Shown here: positions 47,301-56,586 of the stretch, piece by piece
Numbering within the stretch: the stretch's first letter is position 1
How the letters are laid out: every line of letters starts with the position of its first letter
IMG/VR virus record: IMGVR_UViG_3300042691_044733
Location: 32,001-96,000 of that record
From: a virus
DNA: 64,000 nt
Strand: one strand, 5' to 3'
Notes under the pieces: generated by a model
Told to the model about the DNA's origin: nothing
The model's database searches: none
Seen by the model: the letters and a program-made list of their open reading frames with translations, nothing else
Made by a program: the position numbers and the translations under genes

Positions 47301-49735
47301 AGTTTATCTAAAAAAGTACTCTTTTTATTAAACTCAGATGTATTACCTTCAGCTTCTAAAATTTCAATTTCTGATTTTGTTGTTTCAATTAAAGATCTTA
47401 ATTGATTAACATCATATAATGCAGTGAACAAAGATGAATCAGCATCTCTTACAGGTACATTAGTTGATGCTTTAGCGGCAAGGTCTTTTGCTCTTTTAAG
47501 CATTCTATCAAAACTGTACTCTCCATAAACTGACATCATTTTAGCATGCTCAAATGCTTTGTAATTATTCAGTTCTTCTATGTAAGCATCTGGGTTCTTT
47601 TTCTTGTCTATATAACCAGGATTAAAAGGATTTGTTATGGCATCTGCTTTTTTCATCCTTGATTTTATATCCTCAGCTTTCTTTATAGCATTATCAATCT
47701 TAGACATAATATCTGGAGAGTTACCAAACATTTCTGATAACTCTTTTGGATCAGTTTGTTTAAGATCTTTTAATTGATCTACAAATAAGTCATATTTACC
47801 ATTTTTAATTAATGTAAAAACATGCATAAAGAGTGAATCATCTTTAGCATTTTTTTCTCCATTAATATCTCCATTTGCAGCATTTTCCTGAACATTTGCA
47901 GAAAAGTCACGTTGTGTTTTAACATTAGTATCCAACCAGTTAACATAATCGTATGGTCTTTCCTCTAAAGAATTCATAGATTTAACTAATTCATCCATTT
48001 GTTCTTTTTGAGATTTTACATAATCATCATAAGTAGTAGTTTTATTCTTGTAGTCATTAAACTTCATTTGAAGAAGACTACCTGTATTAGATATATAATT
48101 ACTTACTGCTTGAATAGGTCCTCCCATTAAAAATCCTGACATAAATACATCAAGACCTTGCATGCTCATTTGTTCACCAAAACCTTTCTTGAGTGCTTCC
48201 ATGTAAGTATTTTTTGCAGCAATATTAGGATCACCATATAATTCTGCATAATACTGATTCAAGTAATAATCAATATTTGTTTTTTGAATACCTTCTTGAT
48301 AAACTTCTTGAAGACCTTCAACTAAATTAGCTTGTAAATATTTTAAACTTTTAAGTGCAGCGGGTAAAGGTTTGTTTTTTAAAGCGTCCCAGGTACCTTT
48401 TCCAAAAGACTTTAAATAATCTTTTGTGAACATTCCTTTCTTAAACATTCCTTTTTCAATTACTGAATAAGGAGTTTTACCAGCGGCTTTCCATCCTGAG
48501 TTTTTAACTATTTTATAGAAAGAATTTTGAGCACCCAACCTCATCAATCTTTTGTCAATTGGTTTAAATAGACCATCAAATACTATTTTATTAGAATAGT
48601 AGATTGCAGGAATATTACCAATTACTGTTGCAGCAGCTGCTTTTTTACCACGTTGATAAATATCATCAAGTTCATTTTGTGAAATTTCTTTACTAGGGTT
48701 TGCTTTTTTCCATTCTTCAACTGCTTGATTTACAAAATCATTTTGAGCAAAACCACCCTCAAGAGTTGACTCTGAAAGAACTGCATTTAACTGACGCATA
48801 TCATAATAGAATGCAGTTCCTGTTTTAAATGTTTTAGCAAAAGTACTCAACCTATTTTCTGCTGTCCCAGCAGTAAGAGCTTTTTTAACAAATGATCCTG
48901 CATTGTCAAAAGGATTAAATAATGCATTTGCCCCTGTTTGAAGTGATTTATAAAACATTTTTGCTTTATTAGGATCCTTAAATGATCTAACTAACTTAGC
49001 TAATGATTTAGATAAACCAGCAACATTTTGTCCAGTTCTTACAGCAGCAAGTTCACTAGTACCACCAAATGTTGCAGCTGTAATTGCACCTAATGCAATT
49101 TCTTCTGCTGCCATTTCAAGTACCATACCTATAGTATATGCACTATTAGCAACAAAGTTAGTTGCCCAAGCACCTGCACCTTTTCTATTACTTGTTGCAA
49201 TAGAAAGTCTTTCTTCCATTAAAGATGCACCTTCAGTATTTGGACTGAAATCTCCAGTAAGTAAATCACCCCAACTCTTAAAGTTATCATACATTGCACC
49301 ACCAGCAAGACCCCAAAATTGAGTTCCCATTCTACGTGCATCATCTAGAAATGTAGATCTAGAAGTATATTCACTTTCATTATCATTATAAATACTGAAT
49401 CCTAAATTTTTAAACTTAGGATGATTATAGTATCTATTAAAATTATAACCAAATCTACTACCATCAAAACTTGTAACTTTTGATCTACGTAATGGATCAC
49501 TATAAGTTGCAACTTTTGCTTGAAGATTTGCAAATAAATCTTTAGTCAATCCTTTTGAATCAACAGGTTGTGTAAATACATTACCAGCACCATCCTGAGC
49601 ATTTTGTACTACAGGACTATGTTGTCTAAATTGTGCATCTAGCTTTGGTAAGTTTTGATCAAAAAATTGGTTTATCTGATCTAGTTTTGCATCAATTATA
49701 TTAGGATCTAAATTATTTGCTTTGGGGTTTTCCAT
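44324..49735 (-). CDS. giant virion cargo/ejection protein with PD-(D/E)xK nuclease domain
   Basis: 1803 aa. Ala/Gly-rich hydrophobic N-region, AGTMDIL...IIDIKTS...QLNIYAKL. Confidence 0.75.
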   Translation of the reverse strand: MENPKANNLDPNIIDAKLDQINQFFDQNLPKLDAQFRQHSPVVQNAQDGAGNVFTQPVDSKGLTKDLFANLQAKVATYSDPLRRSKVTSFDGSRFGYNFNRYYNHPKFKNLGFSIYNDNESEYTSRSTFLDDARRMGTQFWGLAGGAMYDNFKSWGDLLTGDFSPNTEGASLMEERLSIATSNRKGAGAWATNFVANSAYTIGMVLEMAAEEIALGAITAATFGGTSELAAVRTGQNVAGLSKSLAKLVRSFKDPNKAKMFYKSLQTGANALFNPFDNAGSFVKKALTAGTAENRLSTFAKTFKTGTAFYYDMRQLNAVLSESTLEGGFAQNDFVNQAVEEWKKANPSKEISQNELDDIYQRGKKAAAATVIGNIPAIYYSNKIVFDGLFKPIDKRLMRLGAQNSFYKIVKNSGWKAAGKTPYSVIEKGMFKKGMFTKDYLKSFGKGTWDALKNKPLPAALKSLKYLQANLVEGLQEVYQEGIQKTNIDYYLNQYYAELYGDPNIAAKNTYMEALKKGFGEQMSMQGLDVFMSGFLMGGPIQAVSNYISNTGSLLQMKFNDYKNKTTTYDDYVKSQKEQMDELVKSMNSLEERPYDYVNWLDTNVKTQRDFSANVQENAANGDINGEKNAKDDSLFMHVFTLIKNGKYDLFVDQLKDLKQTDPKELSEMFGNSPDIMSKIDNAIKKAEDIKSRMKKADAITNPFNPGYIDKKKNPDAYIEELNNYKAFEHAKMMSVYGEYSFDRMLKRAKDLAAKASTNVPVRDADSSLFTALYDVNQLRSLIETTKSEIEILEAEGNTSEFNKKSTFLDKLEGLKEAALEFSGVMDALTRSHNNPKYKQAVKEYARKNNLMNVQIMDENSQLSMFDAEGEDVDDSVDLNAVVEAHLHEVVRDNYMQYLKSIANLKNVFPITDLVDESINDYIDFLKLDVGAKFQAQNINILADPGSLLKMAKRISDITLKYEKNKVQISRNALERFKVNNKTNQLIQDIAKLDVYFDDANLYRLKNFRMFPNKFIDKDGNEVAKDSETFKKILELFDAYEELIGEKLKNKPTFTAKQETTTEETQEVKPQGTETTPLLKTYPVGLQTLLIQEHRKAMEQGGDPSIEEWMKDNPIAQSIIDKYNMENPVQEKPEPKPATANTQPTQDTEISDPLDKLNQVPVKSVSEQSQEMIEEVRKKLREKLLSSSAAIPETENGKYYVEIENSGKAKISSLKYHRVTRFKPNSKNQVSEDSFQTIRGNFIDEIFRQVLYQDAEGVSILKQIQGSFDQFDKRTFVQSILAPIIKATYITNASLSPSYKINGVNVFEKITDSFSDQLSDIIYDLAVALKDYNVYGDITTLWGEINGFNTAGTMDILVEKEGKFSIIDIKTSVKNREVEYMTGNSSLKEEDAIQLNIYAKLFKDLTGFEIDEIKIFPLQITEKVNKQNKKEGIISGSLLSIKPAKTEKGALKFLPVAKLTATEMSQLSPIESDTEEDESEQSERPTPKKQVPAKLKGKLIYVVPGTIPDLIYQDYDVVNVDDILRNVLLSYGHSSIEDMDSSQVGSYFYSLSQSQDTNAEYKEILEQIKDEVNYLKEIGQTIITTNWFYHDSADVVVAPDKSTIILDYTDEESNTTQIQNLLNKKYIKNVYDKVEKNANKEVDNVLYLQEPLYNILTEDSKVSPKVDTLKNADKIMEIMLALMPISISPIYVSDFYTLEENKKVPMSIAEIAKIAKNKLDELVKQNEDVKNHPQFNALETLIDDMINPKPPTPDGPTGNVNTVIDMSSDQAMKDAAKQAFTDVTSTDSLDVDDEFFKGIDPNC

Positions 49736-52700
49736 CTATAAATTGTATTTGATTCATATATGCATTAAACATATTCATTAATTCATTTGCTGCCATATCA
49801 ACTTCACCTGCTCCAGGATTTGGTTTTACAACTGGAGGAAAATAATTTGGTGTTGGATTTCCTTTTTCATCAAATACGTTAACATAACCTGACATTACCA
49901 TAGATCCATCTGATTGTTTAACTAATGACCCAGCTCCATATTTACCAAAATCAATATTTACACTTCCTCTACTGTTGTATTCTGTAGCAAATGGTCCATT
50001 TTTAGTTGATGAAAATGCTGAGTTGTTATCTGATATAACATCATTATCCATGAATATTGTAATGCTATTTTCACCACCAGGCATAACACCAGGACTTTTT
50101 GAAGTTCCGTCTAGTTTATCTTTTATTCCTGAACCTAATGTAATTGTAATTGCTTTCTTATTAATGTCATTAACTGCAATAGGATATGCTTTTATATCCC
50201 ACATTGCAGCATTTTCTTTAGTACCACGTTGCTCAAGTAATCCTCTAACTGCAAGTAATGCATTTTGGTTGTGCTCTAATTCTTCATATGTTCCACCTTT
50301 ACCAGCCATACCACCAGCATCACCAAATACAACTTTAACCTTATCTGATTTGGTATTATCATTTAAAGCTTTGAATACATCATTATATGTATCTACAGTT
50401 GCTTTGTAACCCCAAGAGTTTGGTGATGCTGAATTAACTCCCATCCATGCAATTGGATTAGCTTCATAAAAATTACCAGAAGCATTATATCCCATAACAG
50501 GAGCAATGTAATTATCAAATTTAACACCTGCTGATGGATCTCTGTTATATACTTTAGAAAACATTAAACTATAATCTTCATATAATTCTTCTCCCCTTGC
50601 AAGTGCATCATCTACATCTAATCTTACATTAGCCATCCCAAAAGTACCAGGTATTGGTTGTGATTTACCTATACCAGGATGTTTTGCATACATGTTTAAA
50701 AACTCTTGTTTTGACATCATTCCTTTATCTGAAACATACTGAGAAAGAACTTGTTTATCAAAAGCAGTTAACTCTTTTTCATTTTTAAACTTAGCATATG
50801 CTAATTTTTGAGCAGCTTGAATATTGTGTTGGTTTTTTATTTCATTATCTTGTAACATCTTAACAACTCCAGTAGCATTATTTTTTGCAATTTGTAAGGC
50901 TGCACTTCCAGAAAATAATGTTTTCATAGTTGGGTCTTCATTTAAAACATGATTGACCTTATCGTAAAGTACTCTATAATTTCTTTGATTGTTAGGATCC
51001 GTGTAACTCGTCTCATTTTTTAAATCAATTAAAGAATAATCATCATTCAAATATCCATTTTGTTTAGTTACTGTTCTTTTAGTTTTTTTATAATCGGGTT
51101 CATTATTTAATAACTCATCCCCCCATCCAGTTATAGTTTTAAATAATGATGATAAACCCATACTAGCAGCATTATAAACATCTTCATCACTTAGCCCAAA
51201 GAGTCCTTCTCCTTCTTGTTTAAATACAGCAGGATATTTTATTGGTTCGGGTTTTTCATAACTATCTTCTTCTTCAGCAACAAAATCACCAGAACTACCA
51301 TAAATATCTTTAAGTTGAGTTCTTAGTGCAGTTTTTACATCTTCAGTTACTTTAACACCATTGTAATAAGTATCTGTTGGCAGATTTAAAATTGTTCTTG
51401 CTTCAGTTACAAATTGTTTATGTAATGCATCTGTTTGCATTACAGCACCATCTGAAAGTTTTACCTGTTCTTTGAAGTCAGTATTGAATGCATCAGGTTG
51501 AACGGCAGCACCACCTTGACTAGCACCTAACTGCATAGGTGTATCACCACTACCATCTCCAAAACCATATCCTTTGAATGATTCAGATAGCAATTCCATT
51601 TTGGTTTTATACTCAATGGTTCTTCTATCTTCATCACCTCTTGCGGATATCTCTTTAAGTCTTAAACCATGTTCAAATCCAGCAAGGGCATATTCATCTG
51701 CTTTAATATCAATTTTTTGAGTTAACTGAGCATAGTTCTGTGCAGATTTAACAAGATCTGTAGAGAGCAACATATTCCCAACACTAGAATCAATTCTCAT
51801 TCTTAATGATTTAGGATCCATTGATGAGATTAATTCCTGGTTTACTAAACCTTTTGTTTTATCATAAAAGTTTACATTACTTTCCAGTACTTTTTTATCC
51901 TGAGTAAGTTGACTTAATGCTTCAGCTAATTCTTTTGCAGTTCTTGTTTCTGGATCCATTGTCTTTAATAATGATCCAACTGCTTTCTCACTTGTATCTG
52001 CTTGATTTAATTTAATACTTTGTTCTTGGATTAATTGATCCGCTATAGCAGGAATGCTCTTTAATACTGAATCAAAGTACATCTCTTCTGCTTTTTGTTC
52101 ACCCACCATAGATGCATTAGCAGCAATATAATCTTTTCTATTTAAATAAGCTTGTGTTTTATAATATTCTATGGCTCCCTGGTCATTTCCAAATGTTGAC
52201 AAGAATACATCACTCAACGCAGGAATAGCAGCAACACCATTTGTTGTTTTAATCCTATATCTACCTGAAGGATCAAAAGTTAAGTTTTCCATTTGGAAAC
52301 CCATATCTTTTGCAAACTTCAAAGCTTCTTTACTAATGTTTCTACCCTTTACATATGTTGGATTTTGGAATCCTAGAATATCAGAATAACGGGATTTAGA
52401 AAAGTCATCAAGTTGATAATGAATAGCTCTAACACCACCTTCCCAATACTTATCTCCACACTTTGCTGAATCCATACAGTTTTTATAATAATCTGCTTCT
52501 TCCATTGCTTTTTGTGCAGATTTTACAAACGCCATGTCTTTAATGATATACTTATCATTAATAATAGGATCAAAAACCTTTCCTGCAAGTTCTACATTTT
52601 CTCTCTTTGAAAAATCAAGTGCAGATACTTTTTTAATATCATCATCAATTTTCTTAAAAAAGTCATCTCTACGTCTAATACTCTCATCATGTGCTAAAGG

Positions 52701-52859
52701 AGAATAGAGTAATGACCCATACATTTTACTAAGTTGGTCATAACCAGAATCATATCTTGCCTGCTTGGTAGACAAAGCTTGATTTAAAAAATCCATGTCT
52801 GGTTGAAATACTGCAATTTCTGGGATAAAATCTCCAGATTGATCTAAATAATTTGCCAT
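49713..52859 (-). CDS. virion cargo/structural protein
   Basis: 1048 aa. KQARYDSG-type N-terminus, directly upstream of the giant cargo genes. Confidence 0.65.
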   Translation of the reverse strand: MANYLDQSGDFIPEIAVFQPDMDFLNQALSTKQARYDSGYDQLSKMYGSLLYSPLAHDESIRRRDDFFKKIDDDIKKVSALDFSKRENVELAGKVFDPIINDKYIIKDMAFVKSAQKAMEEADYYKNCMDSAKCGDKYWEGGVRAIHYQLDDFSKSRYSDILGFQNPTYVKGRNISKEALKFAKDMGFQMENLTFDPSGRYRIKTTNGVAAIPALSDVFLSTFGNDQGAIEYYKTQAYLNRKDYIAANASMVGEQKAEEMYFDSVLKSIPAIADQLIQEQSIKLNQADTSEKAVGSLLKTMDPETRTAKELAEALSQLTQDKKVLESNVNFYDKTKGLVNQELISSMDPKSLRMRIDSSVGNMLLSTDLVKSAQNYAQLTQKIDIKADEYALAGFEHGLRLKEISARGDEDRRTIEYKTKMELLSESFKGYGFGDGSGDTPMQLGASQGGAAVQPDAFNTDFKEQVKLSDGAVMQTDALHKQFVTEARTILNLPTDTYYNGVKVTEDVKTALRTQLKDIYGSSGDFVAEEEDSYEKPEPIKYPAVFKQEGEGLFGLSDEDVYNAASMGLSSLFKTITGWGDELLNNEPDYKKTKRTVTKQNGYLNDDYSLIDLKNETSYTDPNNQRNYRVLYDKVNHVLNEDPTMKTLFSGSAALQIAKNNATGVVKMLQDNEIKNQHNIQAAQKLAYAKFKNEKELTAFDKQVLSQYVSDKGMMSKQEFLNMYAKHPGIGKSQPIPGTFGMANVRLDVDDALARGEELYEDYSLMFSKVYNRDPSAGVKFDNYIAPVMGYNASGNFYEANPIAWMGVNSASPNSWGYKATVDTYNDVFKALNDNTKSDKVKVVFGDAGGMAGKGGTYEELEHNQNALLAVRGLLEQRGTKENAAMWDIKAYPIAVNDINKKAITITLGSGIKDKLDGTSKSPGVMPGGENSITIFMDNDVISDNNSAFSSTKNGPFATEYNSRGSVNIDFGKYGAGSLVKQSDGSMVMSGYVNVFDEKGNPTPNYFPPVVKPNPGAGEVDMAANELMNMFNAYMNQIQFIDGKPQSK

Positions 52860-52928
52860 TTAAACTTATTTATATTATAAATATAAGCAAAAAACATTAA
52901 AAGTTTATTAAACTTTTTAAGTTTAAAC

Positions 52929-54872
52929 TTATAAAAGTCCTGATGCTTTAAGTGCATCAAAGTAATCTTGACTAGGTGCTTGACGTTTATTATTACTCTG
53001 TAAAGCAACTAGAGCATCTAAAAGTTTTTCAGGACTAATTGATCCACTAGCTGGTATAGATTTTCTAATCTGATCAATTAAATTAGAATACTGAGTAGCC
53101 TCATAGTTCTTATCCGCAATAAGCTGTCTTTCTTTATCAAAACTTAAATAGCCACCCATCTCAGGATGAATTTGAAAGTTATCATATAATTCATTAAGTA
53201 CTTGAGCACGTGCTCTATTAGTAAATGAATTAGTAACTTGTTTCAAGATTTCATTATCTGCTTTACGTTTAGAATTATCAAATTGTTGATTTGTTAAAAC
53301 TCCTTTATCATAAAGATCCTGTGCAATTTTAGCATTGTACATGAGAGTAGAGTTATTAATCTCAGTATTGATTCTCTCACTGTCATTTGCTGTAGATACA
53401 TTCTGATTGCTATATCTTGCTAAAACATCAGCAGCATTTTTGGCACCTGTACCTGCAAGTGAAGATAATCTTGATGAACTTGCTTGAGGTCCAGCAAATG
53501 CACTCATTGCTTCTGTAGAAGTATTTAACTGTTCTGATATTGAAGCAAGTTCTCTTGTAGGATCATAAAATGTTGGTTCTACAAAATCAGGAGAAACCTT
53601 AGCTGCCCAAGGCATATATTTCTTCAAGGATGCTCTGTTATATAATGCTCCATAAGTGTTTAATTCATCTTGTAGCCAGAATGGGGTATAACCAGCACCT
53701 GTTCTAGCAGCACCAGATATATCAAGATCTGCATCTGGAATATCTCCAACTTTTTTTTCTGCTTCTTGAACAAATGGTTTTAAATCTGCTTTTGGTTTTA
53801 AACTATTAATTGCCCACAACATTGCTTCATGGAATGGACCAACCTCACCATCAGTTGCTTCTGCAAGAAGAACTTCTCTAATTTTATTTGGATCATTACC
53901 TGCTTTTGCCAATCTTGCGTTAATCCTTGGAGTATAATCAGTACCTTTAAATGTACCAAATTTTAAAACTTGTTTTGTAATTGCAGGAATATTTTCAGGA
54001 GTTAATGCGTCCTCAACCATTTTTTTCCAAGCAGGATAATCTTCATCCCAAATTGTATATCCTGTATCACCTTTTGGTTTATAAGGTAACTTATCTTGTC
54101 CCATAGGTTCATACATATCTAATCCACCAGTAGTAGTACCAGTAGATCTGCCCATAGGTCTATTAATAGTATTTTTAGGAGCTTCTCCTGTTTTTTGTTT
54201 TGGTACTACAGGAGTTGGTTTTTTCGTAAATGATGGAACTTCTTCCCCACCCTCTTGAAATATCATAGGTATATTAATTGATCCACCTTTTTTAAGTGTT
54301 GGCAATTGTTCTCCAGCTACTCCAGAAAGATAATCTTCAGCGATTTTAGGAATACCATTTTCAAACCCTTTCATAGATTCTTGAACCAATGCCAGTTTTG
54401 CAAGTTTGTTTTTATAGTTATCAATCATCATTGTAGCAGTTTGTTTTTGTATATCATCTGATTTTGGATCATCTAATATATCTCTATACTTATTTATATC
54501 ATATTTCTTTGCTATTTGAGCAGGTGGTTTTGCTTTTGTTTCACCGAACTCTTTTGTCATTTCTTTTGGAATAGACATTGATTTAGTTTTTGAAAATATG
54601 AAAGAATTTTCTGGGGCATCAATTGGAGTACCTCCTTTGTGATGGGGATCTCCAGATATATCAAAATGGGCTGGATAACCAAACATATCAGGTACGTATA
54701 TAGTTTCCCCATTTTCTGCTTCAATATTGGCATTTTCTCTTGGAGATTCTTTAAAAGTTTTTCTTGTGTTTTCTTCAATAGAAGATGATCTCTTAGGACT
54801 TGACACAAGTTTTCCTTGATTAGTAGCTTCACTAAAACTAGGAGATTTTGTTATTTTTATTTTTCGTTTCAT
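52929..54872 (-). CDS. virion internal/cargo protein
   Basis: 647 aa. ANIEAENGE...GDPHHKGG...FIFS N-domain, N/Q/A-rich helical C-half. Confidence 0.65.
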   Translation of the reverse strand: MKRKIKITKSPSFSEATNQGKLVSSPKRSSSIEENTRKTFKESPRENANIEAENGETIYVPDMFGYPAHFDISGDPHHKGGTPIDAPENSFIFSKTKSMSIPKEMTKEFGETKAKPPAQIAKKYDINKYRDILDDPKSDDIQKQTATMMIDNYKNKLAKLALVQESMKGFENGIPKIAEDYLSGVAGEQLPTLKKGGSINIPMIFQEGGEEVPSFTKKPTPVVPKQKTGEAPKNTINRPMGRSTGTTTGGLDMYEPMGQDKLPYKPKGDTGYTIWDEDYPAWKKMVEDALTPENIPAITKQVLKFGTFKGTDYTPRINARLAKAGNDPNKIREVLLAEATDGEVGPFHEAMLWAINSLKPKADLKPFVQEAEKKVGDIPDADLDISGAARTGAGYTPFWLQDELNTYGALYNRASLKKYMPWAAKVSPDFVEPTFYDPTRELASISEQLNTSTEAMSAFAGPQASSSRLSSLAGTGAKNAADVLARYSNQNVSTANDSERINTEINNSTLMYNAKIAQDLYDKGVLTNQQFDNSKRKADNEILKQVTNSFTNRARAQVLNELYDNFQIHPEMGGYLSFDKERQLIADKNYEATQYSNLIDQIRKSIPASGSISPEKLLDALVALQSNNKRQAPSQDYFDALKASGLL

Positions 54873-54873
54873 T

Positions 54874-56586
54874 TTAATCTAGATATTCAATTGAACCACC
54901 GTTTTTAATAATATACTGAATTTCTTCATCACTTAGTTCATATTCACCACCTTCTTTGAACTTAGACAACTCGTTTAAACCTTTTCCAGTAAACTGCACA
55001 GGTACCATTTGGTCTTGTCTAAAGGCACCTGTATTAATTTCATAATCACCACGCAGGGATTGTTCTTTACCAAAAATATTATCAGCAGCAGTTCTAAGAC
55101 CATACTTTTTAGCATTTCTTTTATCTGTTCCTGAATTTAACATATTAGTAAATAGTTTAGCTGCAAGTATATTTCTACTTGCTGGTATTAAACCACCATA
55201 AGGGTCGCTATATGTTTTTTTTACCATACCCATACTTTCTTCTGGATTTGGATCACCTGTCATTTCACTATTACCAATTAATTTTCTTGCTTGTTGATAG
55301 TCAAGTAAACCGTTATCTGGTGTATATCCTATAGGATTTTCTGGGTAATCTCCAGGTAAAGTATCTCCAGGCAACATACCTTGAATACCCATATATCTCA
55401 ATAAATCATCTCTTCCAGAAGTTACCTGCTTTTTATCAACATTCATTGGATTACCATATGAATCATAAGGATTAATAACATTTGGTCCTTTGCTAGTTTT
55501 AATGTTTAATTGATTATTTAATTCTTCATTAACACTTAAACCCATCTGAGCTTTTTTAAGTTTCTTACTTCTTGCTTCATTAGCAATTTTAGAAATACTT
55601 TTCATAAACTCATTAGATGATTCACCACCATTTTCAAATATTAAAGGTAAAAATATATCACCACCTTTTTTCATTTCTTTCATAATATATAAATCATCAG
55701 GAGTACCCTTGATGGGATGCCATTGACCTTTTATATAATCATCCTCTTTTGCGTAGTGTGAAAATTTACCTTGAGGTCCGAAATTTGCTATATTATAAGG
55801 ATCTTTGTTGTAAACTTTTCTATAAAGTGGATTTAGTACAAGTTTTTTTGGAGTTGCAAGTGTTTTGAGTGGTGGTTGTGCAACGGTATTTGGAGAAACT
55901 TGAAGATTACCAGTTTTAGAAGTTATTTTTTTATAATCTTCCCCTATAGGAACTTCCCTTGTATCGGCAATATTCCAATTAAATTTTTTAGAAGCTTCAT
56001 CATCATAATTATTATTATCATCATCAAACCACGATACAGGAATTTTATGATTTCCTATATTAGTATAACGTTTATTATGATCACATTCCTTACAATATTC
56101 CTCATAGACATCAAAATTATTATTTTTTTTTCTTTCAATAATTTCTAATATTTCAGACTCGGAAAATTTATCAAAAAATAAATCAGCTGCATTAGGATTT
56201 GACATAGCATATTCATAATCATTAGCTAAGGCTTCTTTATTAAATAATCCTGACTCACCTAATAAACGCATTTTATTTTCATAATTGCGAGTATTAATTC
56301 TATGAGATCTCATGTATTTAGCGTCTTCAGCATCCTGTAACATTTTATGATTTAACTCCTCACTTGGTTTTTGACCACCTTTTTGTAAAACAGGAGTTTC
56401 TACAACATAATCACCTGGAAATAAATAATCCTGATCTGGTATCATAAGTTTCATGTTTCCATGATTATCAATACCAAAAACAGGAAAGTCAACTCCTTTC
56501 ATAGTAATATTATTACTAGGAATTTTAAGAGCTGGTTGTTTCTTATCCTTTGAGTTACGTTTGTATCCTTCTGTGGATGTTTTCAT
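54874..56586 (-). CDS. virion protein with repeated xxGG motifs
   Basis: 570 aa. NITMKGVDFPV...YLFPGDYVVETP N-domain, several KGG/EGG/NGG motifs. Confidence 0.65.
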   Translation of the reverse strand: MKTSTEGYKRNSKDKKQPALKIPSNNITMKGVDFPVFGIDNHGNMKLMIPDQDYLFPGDYVVETPVLQKGGQKPSEELNHKMLQDAEDAKYMRSHRINTRNYENKMRLLGESGLFNKEALANDYEYAMSNPNAADLFFDKFSESEILEIIERKKNNNFDVYEEYCKECDHNKRYTNIGNHKIPVSWFDDDNNNYDDEASKKFNWNIADTREVPIGEDYKKITSKTGNLQVSPNTVAQPPLKTLATPKKLVLNPLYRKVYNKDPYNIANFGPQGKFSHYAKEDDYIKGQWHPIKGTPDDLYIMKEMKKGGDIFLPLIFENGGESSNEFMKSISKIANEARSKKLKKAQMGLSVNEELNNQLNIKTSKGPNVINPYDSYGNPMNVDKKQVTSGRDDLLRYMGIQGMLPGDTLPGDYPENPIGYTPDNGLLDYQQARKLIGNSEMTGDPNPEESMGMVKKTYSDPYGGLIPASRNILAAKLFTNMLNSGTDKRNAKKYGLRTAADNIFGKEQSLRGDYEINTGAFRQDQMVPVQFTGKGLNELSKFKEGGEYELSDEEIQYIIKNGGSIEYLD

